Program-made: the position numbers and the translations under genes
DNA from: Epiperipatus broadwayi
Taxonomy: Eukaryota > Animalia > Onychophora
Length of the DNA: 64,000 nucleotides
Assembly: GCA_028023455.1 (NCBI GenBank)
Contig: JAQFVV010000001.1
Coordinates: 16,864,001 to 16,928,000 of the forward strand
Direction of reading: 5' to 3'
The notes under the pieces: model-generated
Databases searched by the model: none
What the model was told of the DNA's origin: nothing
What the model saw: only the letters and a program-made list of their open reading frames with translations
Part shown: one piece after another, positions 54,971 to 64,000 of the stretch
How the letters are laid out: the number at the start of each line of letters is the position of its first letter
How positions within the stretch are numbered: position 1 is the first letter of the stretch

Positions 54971-56808
54971 ATACTTGTATTTAAATATCACATGATAAGA
55001 GCCAATAATCCTATAAGTCAATAACATATATATGTGATTTAGTAGCTATGATTATGGAAGCATAAAGCCTTCCAAAGCACTCAGCTCATTAATTTGTAGA
55101 GTATTATTTGCTTTTATAAACTTCATTATCTGTGCGCAAAGCACATATATATGTTATAGATTACTTGCTAATGAAGTAAATATTTAATTATAAGGCAATG
55201 TAAATAATAATTCATAATGTTTGGAAATGACTCACTACTCTTACCCTTAAAAAAAGAGAAAAATCATATAATTATATAAAATTTATATTGATTCCTCACT
55301 ATTGACAGAATAGCCTCGCAGTTTAGAACACCATCTTAAATTCAGTATTCATAATCTAAATATCTCTGCTCCAATTCTTATGCTGGTACTCTGAGAAAAC
55401 TCAAAATATTATGTTCTGTACTACTGATCTTTGTGTTATTATTAACAAATGAAGGAATTTAGAAAAGTATTAATAAAGTTTGAATTTTTCTAAAGACATT
55501 TAATAATAATAATAGATGAGAGAAATAGTCCAATGTGATGTGAAGTGATGTGATGCACTGTGACTGCTTAAACGGAGTGAGGAATCTCTCAGCAGCTATG
55601 CCCAGAGAAACCTGTTAGCCACTTTACCTTCCTTTTCCATTGTCCACCCTAAGTTTTCCCATAATCTGCTCCATCCAATTTCCACAACATAATCTTTGTC
55701 AACTCCATGACCTTCATATCTAAATCCCTCTTATCTTTTCCCAAACCTAGCATAAAATATATGTGTCCATATACGTGCACCACCAACGGAACATATTATT
55801 ATTAAAAAAATCAGGGCATTAAAAAACACAAACTAAAATGGCTGGACAATATCTTGTATTTAAATTATTTCTAAAAAGTGTTTAACAATTATGAATTTTT
55901 TTTTTATTTCGTTTTTTTTTTTAATGTGTATAATTGTTTACATCACTACTTAATAAATCAGATATGTAATATGTTCCTTAAACCTCATATATATATTTTA
56001 AAACAGTGAGATCATGAAATTAATTTATTGCTACTTATTTACTTAAATTTACTAAGACAGGTTGAGATTGTTGATAGCTTAAGAGTTGATTGTTATTACT
56101 TAAATTTATCCAGAATTGCTTTTGTTTCAGATAAATGATTTAAAAAGCTTAATAAAAATGTATAAACTAAAATATTTATTTTATTACGGTGGTTATATAT
56201 TTCATTAATATTAAATGATTCAGAATTTCTTGAAGAAATTGTTCAATAAAATAAAGACATGCATTGTATATGCAACAAATAAAAATTATTTGTTTAAATG
56301 AGCTTTTAATTGAATTTTCTAAAAGCACTTAGAAAGAGAATGATTCATATATAGCGTCATTTATGTTCTTTTTTAAAAATATCTATCCATTTATAGAAAT
56401 ATAATTTCGAAGTTCTTAATGAATTATCTAGATTTAAAAAAAGATAATATATTGTGAAATCAAATGTTCCATAAAAAAATTTACACCCAGAAATTAGTTT
56501 TTTATTAGTGATTACTTTAAAGTCATAAAATCAATATAGATTAAAGCAAATCTAAAAAGAGTTGACGAAAACCATCAATCTATGGATTTTGATGTTGAAA
56601 GTATTAAAACAACAACAACAAAAAAAGAAGTCAAGATTACTAACTAAATCTTTTAATGTGTAATTAATTGTTCAGCTAATTTATTTATATTTCAAAACAG
56701 TGCATTATGTAAATTGTATATATACACTCCTTAAAATTTATACTTTTTGTAGCACGCGCGAGTTATATGAGATCATGCAGATCACTTTTTTATACTTTAA
56801 GAATTATA

Positions 56809-57016
56809 TATAGAGGTTTGAACTCAGACTTTCACACAACCCTAAACTATCCATGCTATCTCATACCGCTTCGACATGTGTGTGATCAAGTGTATCAGCG
56901 GTATGAGATAGCATGGATGGTTTAGGGTCGTATGAAAGTCTGAGTTCAAACCCCCTATATATTACATATAGAAATGCAGGTATGAAAAAAGCCCGTATTG
57001 TAGAAAAAATTCTTAT
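56809..57016 (+). mobile_element. Family-2 copy C: inverted arm + arm + tail, ribozyme lost by truncation
   Basis: Arms 56806-56870 and 56897-56962, then the tail. Exact 13-bp TSD TTTAAGAATTATA at 56796-56808 and 57017-57029. Confidence 0.85.
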
Positions 57017-57860
57017 TTTAAGAATTATAAAAAAAATATTGATCAACAACAACAACAAACAAAAATTATTTGAACGAAATAGAACATTTTATGTAATAAA
57101 TACTTTATTTAAAAGTCTTAATCAGAAATTTGTTAAAACACTAGGGATATTTATACTTAGCAATTGTTTACAAAAATAAGCAAAACCAATGTTATTCTGT
57201 AAAATGTTGTGTAATTATTATTTTCAGAAGAGATTGTCAAATAAATCCAAATGAATAATTACAAAAAATTCACTTACAGATTTTGTACTTGATGTTTTAA
57301 ATGTATATATTTTATCAAAAACTAAAGATATTTTTTTTTACTGGTCAATAATACAATGTCAAAATGTACAAAAAAAAAACAACTAATAATAATACTACAT
57401 CACTCTATTCTTTCAGCTTATTATAATAAACTAGATCAGCTCTCTTCTTACTATTTTAACATGTGTAATCAGAAATTATCAGATGATAGCACAAAAATTA
57501 AAAACTAATCTGAAGATGGAGATTAAAATTAATTACCAACTTGTGAATATTAATTGTTCAAGCTTATATCAGATTGAGCTCAAGTATACTGAGATATCCT
57601 AGCCTTTGGAATTTCTAGGCCATATTGGTAAGAGTTGTTTTGAGCCACACATTAAATATACAAACATTGCCAAAAGCTGATAAGCAAAAAAAAAAAAAGT
57701 CCATGCCCAACTTTTGTGACATCCTCTGCCACAGATAAGCAAAAAAGTTCTTAAATAATTACCCCAATTACACAACAACCTTGTAATTACTAATATTCTA
57801 AAACATTCATTGACTTTGAGTTCAGATGAAAAGGTATAAATTAATAAACATAAACTATTT

Positions 57861-57930
57861 ATTGCACTGAGCCAGCTTTAGGCAAAACACTGCCAAAACA
57901 GTGTTTTGCTGAAAGTTGTCTCAGTGCAAT
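57861..57930. repeat. 70-bp hairpin abutting family-1 copy 7
   Basis: ATTGCACTGAGCCAGCTTTAGGCAAAACACTG-ccaaaa-CAGTGTTTTGCTGAAAGTTGTCTCAGTGCAAT. Confidence 0.85.
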
Positions 57931-57943
57931 TAATTAATGTTTA

Positions 57944-58091
57944 AAACAAGCAAAACTCACTATACATATTGCCACACACAGCAAGTTAGAGTTAGCTTGC
58001 TGTGTGTGGCAATACATATAGTGAGTTTTGCCTGTTTTAATAACAGTTATAAGTAAGCATAAGAAATGGTGATCATGTGATGTTTATTGGC
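57944..58091 (+). mobile_element. Family-1 copy 7 (shortest arms, about 45 bp)
   Basis: Arms meet at ..GCAAGTTAGAG/TTAGCTTGC.. and the tail ends CATGTGATGTTTATTGGC. The 14-bp TSD TTAATTAATGTTTA lies at 57930-57943 and is displaced to 59729-59742 by the hAT insertion. Confidence 0.8.
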
Positions 58092-58095
58092 TTAA

Positions 58096-59726
58096 CAGTG
58101 TTTCCCAACCTGTGGTATGCGTACCACTGGTGGTACATGAGTTGCTGGTTGGTGGTACACGAAAAATAATCAATAATGGCGGACATAAAAAAAAAATTAA
58201 ATCATAAAAATATAGAAACGTTTTTTCCTATAATTCATAAAAATTATTTTAATTAATAATATTATACAGTAAAGTTGTTAATATGTACAGTCGATAACGA
58301 TCTTTAATGTTAATGATAAAATTGAAAGTATGATTAAGAAATTAGATTTTTGGAAACAGTATATATATATAAGTATCGAAAACAATCAACTGGAAGTATT
58401 CGAAACTCTACATATTTTTTTGTTTGAAAATAAGGTTAGTCTGTCTCAAGATATATGAGAAAATATAATAGCACATTTAACAGGATTAAAATTGTCTTTC
58501 ATGGAATATTTTCCAAAACCTGAAAACACAAATGATAATTGGATTTCAAACCCCTTCTATGCAGAAAATTTAGAAAAAGCTACATCATTATCAATAAAGG
58601 ATAAAGAAAATTTAATAGAATTATCATGTGACAGAACTTTACAAGTAGAATTCAAACGACACAATCTAATTAATTTTTGGTTAAACATTAAAGAATATGA
58701 ACAACTTTCTGAGAAAGCTCTTAAATTATTATTACCATTTACTAGTACGGAATTAGTAGGAAGAGCTTTTTCTTCATATATTTTTTTAAAAAATAAGTAT
58801 CGAAACAGATTGAACGCAGCTGTAGACTTAAGGGTATATATACCTCACATCTTTTGAACCAAATTTCAAAAAATTATGTTGTTCAAAACAAGCACAAAGA
58901 TCTCATTAAATTTATTTTATAAAAATATTTGATTATGATAAGAAAATATACTAATTGGTTTTTTATAATTTTGTGTTTTTATTAAAACTATTTATTAGTA
59001 AACAAAATATGACAAAATAGTAGATAAATAATGAGTCGGATCAAGGCAAATCAATCTAAATTATTTAATTTGAAAGAATGTATCAGAAAAGGATCATATC
59101 CAGAAATTAGACTCTCATTAATTCTTGATCATCTATTGTGGATTACTAGATGTAAGCTAGTATTTAATCATCAAAATTTTAATCCTATTAACTTCATGCT
59201 GAACAATATAAAGAAAACAAGAACAAGAGATAGCCTGATAACCCCTGAAGTTATTTTTACCATGACTTGGGACATGCTGGATTTATCCTCTCCATGGCCC
59301 AACCAATAGCAAGATGCTCCAAAAAAGAGAAAACAGACTCAAATTCAGGAAAACCAAATGAAGGAATGAAAAAACACTTTGAACAAAATATGTACCAAAT
59401 AACCTTTAATGTAATAATGTAATCTTTAATAAATTATTTTGGAAAAAATATGAAACTTTGAACAAACACATACATATAAATATGTTACAGTGAGTTTATA
59501 ATTTCAGTGAGTTTATAATCTGGCGTGACGTTTAGGCGTGTTTCAATGTAATTTGTCTCATTATGAGATGTGAATACATACATGGTCACCCTATAATATT
59601 TATAATGCAAATAAAATAACACACTCGCAATAACAAATTTCCCGAAATACAGTCATTTTTACGAAGTGGTACAATTTAGCATGATGTACTAACAAGTGGT
59701 ACACGAGACAAAAAAGTTTGGGAAAT
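58096..59726 (+). mobile_element. hAT (Buster/Charlie-type) element with internal deletion
   Basis: Left end CAGTGTTTCCCAACCTGTGGTATGCGTACCAC; right end GTGGTACACGAGACAAAAAAGTTTGGGAAAT. ORF 58492..58857 (..FWLNIKEYEQLSEKALKLLLPFTSTELVGRAFSSY..KYRNRL) is the hATC C-terminus. Confidence 0.88.
59031..59309 (+). pseudogene. 3' fragment of an L1/Tx1-like LINE ORF nested in the hAT element
   Basis: LILDHLLWITRCKLVF resembles the post-zinc-finger WxxRxxxxF motif of L1-clade ORF2. It is locally more GC-rich than its flanks. Confidence 0.4.
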
Positions 59727-61953
59727 GCTTAATTAATGTTTATTAATTTATACCTTTTCATCTGAACTCAAATTTTTCATAAAAAGAGTTAATATGTTGA
59801 GATTTAATATAGAAAATGTATGTTGACATTTAATATAGAAAATGTATATATCTAAGCAATAAAACATTATTGATATATTTTTTAATTATAAAAGTAAAAA
59901 AGGGAAACAAAACTAGTTGGATATTTGACTGCATTTGAGTATGAATATACGTTTATTTAATCACGTTACAACACATAATCCTCCAAAACTCATATTTTAA
60001 ATAAGCCATTCTGGGCTGCATGTGGTCCCTCAGGCTATAGGTTTAACATCCATGCTCTAATAGATGGAAATAATAGAAATACATAACCAATCCTAATAAT
60101 GATTAGCTTAATTTAAAAAATCTTTGCAGAAAACAAATGTAAAAAGTCATTATTAAAATATATATTTGGTAAAAATAGTTATGATAATTTATATATTATT
60201 ACTTTTTAAATGATAAAACAATTGGATAGTCATATGGGGAATAATAGATTGAGAGTTAATTCGTTCAAATTTTTTGAAATAAAAAAAAAATTGACATTAA
60301 AACACACACAAATACAAAGATAATAATGACAATTAGGACAACAGTAATGTAACTAGCTGTTTCTAGAATTTGTCTATCTGAACAGACTTCAATGTCCTAT
60401 TCATCTATTTAAAGAGGGGAAAAAAGTTAAAATTACACTACTAATAATAGCTCAGATACTACTCGTATTGTGCTACTAATGAATAATTATTTTGGTAAAC
60501 TACAATTCAGAAACAAATTGGAAATCATTATGTTAGATATTTACAGGAAATGATTGTATAATCGAACCATATATGATTACAGAACTATCTAATGAGTCTA
60601 AATTAAAAGACACGTATGTATTTGATCTATTATTCTGTAAAAAGTAGTAGTAAAAGATTTATTTTAAGTGGTCGTTTTTATCTATTTCAATCGGTTTTAT
60701 ATTTATTAACAAAATTTATAAAACAAAGTTAAATTATATATATAACATTTTAAATTAAATTTTGACAAGCTTTCAGTAATCTATCTGACATCTCTCTTCT
60801 AACATTTCTTTTTGATGGGCTCAATCTCTGGTTAGCTTTGAAAGATGTCAGAACTCCTATTTTTTTTTTTTTACTTCCATTTTTTTTATGTTTATCAAAT
60901 TTCATTAAATATAATGCCAAAAATTTAAAGGAAATCTGTAATCTTAATATAGAATTTAGAATATTTTTTCATTGATCATAATAATTTTTTTTTCATTTCA
61001 CTCAAAGATTCCTTCAAATATATATATTTTTAGCGGCTAATGATGAATAAATAAGATCGTTTCAGTCTAAGAAGGGGGGGGGATACAAAAATGAAAAAGA
61101 AAATACTGAAGATGGCCTTTACAATAAAGCAACTCCTAAAATAAAAATGCACCCACATATAATATTTGTGGATTCTTTAGTCTATTTATTTGGCATATAT
61201 ACGTAATTGTCTTCAGCATTTTTTTTTTTGTAAAATTTCTCTTGTCTAACAGTAGTTTATTATAGTAATCTAACATCAGTCTTATATTCTTGAAAAAAGC
61301 AATATCTCATTTTTTTAGAATATTTTTGTTATAATCTTTATAATGTAAAACATTAAGATCTGCTTCAATCATAAAACTATACTCCAATTAATCAAAAACT
61401 AGTGCATAAAAAGCTCATTAGTATTTCTTCTTATTATAAAGTCTAATTAAAAAAAAATCTTGCCATCATAGTTTTCTACTAATATTTTTTACTTTCAAAT
61501 GCCTTTATTTGTGCCTCAAGACGATTCAAGAGGCATAAGTTTTACAATGCAATCAACAAGAATCATTACAAAGAAATTTAGGGAGTGTCGGTGCGTGTCA
61601 AGCGCATCCGCACCCATACACTTGATTCAATGCATATGATTTTGAACATTCAAGTATAAATGTATGGATAGGTGAGTGGGATATTAATAGTTCCAGAAGT
61701 GCAGTGACACAAAATTCACCTGCCCTTCCAGACTTACACACATAAACCCAACTTCTTATGCTGAAATTATTGTTCACAAAACTGTCCAATTATACATGTC
61801 CATTTCTCCATTAGTTATTTGGAGACAAAAATGTTGTTATATTAACAGCAATGTTACACTTTCAGAACACTTCTATTTGTGTCTCATTATTATTTGGGGC
61901 CATAGCTTGAAAGAAACAAGGCAACCGCTTCAGTTGCAGTGGGAATATTGTCC

Positions 61954-62088
61954 TTGGATTGTCTAATTGTACAAGTCTATTTCACCATTTGAGCATTCCC
62001 AGTACTGTTATAAATGAGAAGGTGTTTGGATTGTCCAATTGTACAAGTCTATTTCACCATTAAAGCTCTCCCAGTTCTGTTATAAATG
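61954..62088. repeat. Two 63-bp direct repeats, period 72 bp
   Basis: TTGGATTGTCxAATTGTACAAGTCTATTTCACCATT..CCCAGTxCTGTTATAAATG at 61954-62016 and 62026-62088. Confidence 0.9.
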
Positions 62089-62279
62089 GCTTTATAGGTA
62101 TATATGCTTATTTCTTGGTTTGCATGGCATACCACTTGTAGAGCAGTCACTTTCCCTTCTATCTATTCCTAATCTTTTATTAATTTGTTCAGGCTTAACT
62201 ACCTTCATTTCCTAGGATTTATCATCGTGATATGTTAGTGCTCTTTGGGCTGTTATAATTTCTAATTACTAATATATCG

Positions 62280-64000
62280 ATTTATTTATTATGTAAGGTA
62301 AGCACTACACTAGGCAAGGCATGGCCCTAGTTTGATCTGGTTCCAAGTCTGATCGGTTAGCCATGGCTGGCATGTCCTCTTGTCATGGTCCTTGGTGTCA
62401 TTTAACAATTTGAAGTATAATACCTCAATATTGTAATCAATACCCTTTTCAAAAGTTACCTTATTTCATGCCAACCAGATGACAAAGTTAACATAAGTTG
62501 CCAATCTAACACTGCCAAAGGAGCCCTTTTTAAAAGCTTTCACCATATCCACCCAGGCCCAGTCTTTATCTGTGGTCTTTTGCAATGTCAGGTAGCGTAG
62601 TTTATTCCAGGTCTCACATTCCTGAAGAATGTGGGAAATTGTTTCATCGGTTTTCTTGCACAGAGGGCATATCGGATCCATTTTATACCTCCGCTTGTGG
62701 TGGAGGAATGCAGCCGTTGGTAGGGCCTCAAGGTTAACTTTAATTATAAAGTCTACTAATTTTGCCTCCAGCTTCCAGAACTTTGTTAACCCTGCAAGCC
62801 GCTTGATCCCTAGCTGAAGTCTGGTCTTAGTGATGGGACTGCTACCATTGATTAGAGCATGGGTGTCCCAATAGGAAAGCTTGCCATTGAAAAGGGAATT
62901 GGACATTGTTACATTTTTAGTCACGAGTGTGACCTGTTGCTGTAACCAAATGTTACCCTTTCTTGGGGGGGGGCGGTCAGTGGGTTCAACCTCATTTATT
63001 GGTAGGGGGCTTTCCATTTTTGGATTATCCTGAAATAGTTTGGTTAAAATATTGTGGGCTTTCTGGATTAAGAAGGTGTTGATTGAATGGAGTCCGAGTC
63101 CATTTTGTGATTTAGGCTTTTGAAGGGAGTTGAGGCCAATTACTGCTGTTCTCATGCCCCAGCAAAGCCTCCTACATTGAGTCTCCACCTTTTTTATAAA
63201 GGTCTTAGTAGGGGAAAAACCGGCCAGAAAATAAGTGATTTTGGGTAGCACAGCTGCATTTAATAGTGCGACCTTCCCCAACAAGGAGAGTGGGACCTTG
63301 GTTAGGGATGTCACTGTGTTCTTAACCTTTGTGAGAATATTTTCCTCCAGCTCCCTTCTCATGACACTAGGAGGGGAGGCCAGGCTAAAGCCGAGAAACT
63401 TCTGGGGGGGTGCTCGGAATCTCCCCTGGATCTGTTTTCCAGTTCTGATCGACCACATGGCCGATTTCACCTCATTAACTCTTAGACCTGATTCGGAACC
63501 AAATTGATCCAAGAGCTCCTCCAGCCTACCAACCTCATCCTGTGACGAGAGAAACACAGTCACATCATCCATGTAGGATACGTGGCAGACCCTCTCTCTC
63601 AGCAAAGGGATGGCAATTCCCTCAATGGATGCCTCAATGCGTAACAGCAATGGGTTGAGGTAAGCTGTGAAGAGGAGTGCACTCAGTGGCGAGCCCTGTG
63701 GTATTGAAACAGAGGGCTGAAATCCTGGAGCCACTCGGCCATCCAGTGAGAGAAAGATTTCTCTATTCTGTAGAAGATTCTCGATCATTTGGAGATATGC
63801 CTGGGGCACTTGGAGTTTCTCCAGTATACTGAGTAACACATTGATCTGCACACAGTCAAAAGCACCAGCAAAGTCGAGTTGGACCACAACTGGCTGGACC
63901 ATTTTATTCCTGCGTATATGATCCACTATGAGGCGAAACCGACTGATGGCTTCTGCAGTTGAGCTCCCCTTCTTTGCAAATTGGAAGGCTGACAGTTTAT
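62280..64000 (-). mobile_element. Young L1/Tx1-clade non-LTR retrotransposon, 3' part (continues beyond window)
   Basis: GC-rich block in sharp contrast to its flanks. It ends in an A-rich 3' end (CATAATAAATAAA) near 62281-62293. Confidence 0.9.
62310..64000 (-). CDS. ORF2 reverse transcriptase + zf-RVT (CCHC), with one premature TGA at 62466-62468
   Basis: The frame is open from the window edge (FQFAKKGSSTAEAI) through LDFAGAFD, PQGSPLS, YMDD, KFLGF, LSLLGKVALL, KPKSQNGLGL and CPLCKKTDETISHILQEC. Beyond WLA*NKVTF it stays open for 51 more codons to TAG at 62310-62312. Confidence 0.93.

Noticed and set aside
61954-62088. BspA-type leucine-rich repeat interpretation of the 72-bp repeat
   Set aside because: Only two units, a 24-aa rather than 23-aa period, and an in-frame stop in the second unit.
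62629-63507. Plus-strand ORFs 62629..62817 and 63235..63507
   Set aside because: They are antisense shadows of the GC-rich RT ORF.

Overview
This is 64 kb of very AT-rich eukaryotic DNA, roughly three-quarters A+T by eye. It is probably from an invertebrate animal, judging by an animal-type tRNA-Gly(TCC) relic. I recognise no intact host gene. The window is a graveyard of decayed, often nested transposons: RTE, Vingi/I-group-like and L1/Tx1 LINEs, a Gypsy relic, mariner, pogo/Tigger, several hAT elements and a piggyBac-like element. One young, GC-rich L1/Tx1 element runs off the right edge. The most striking signal is two unrelated families of short (150-350 bp) elements, with at least 7 and 3 copies. 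Most copies show the architecture [inverted arm]-[arm]-[unpaired 3' tail], five have 12-14 bp target-site duplications, and the longer copies carry a minimal type-I hammerhead ribozyme (CTGATGA...GAAA-palindromic loop-NUH) on the strand running toward the tail. This fits non-autonomous Penelope-like pLTR or retrozyme insertions, not MITEs. Both families share an unusual mismatch at the base of ribozyme stem II. Old repeats show pervasive CpG->TpG/CpA decay. All family assignments come from motifs recognised by eye; no database search was run.
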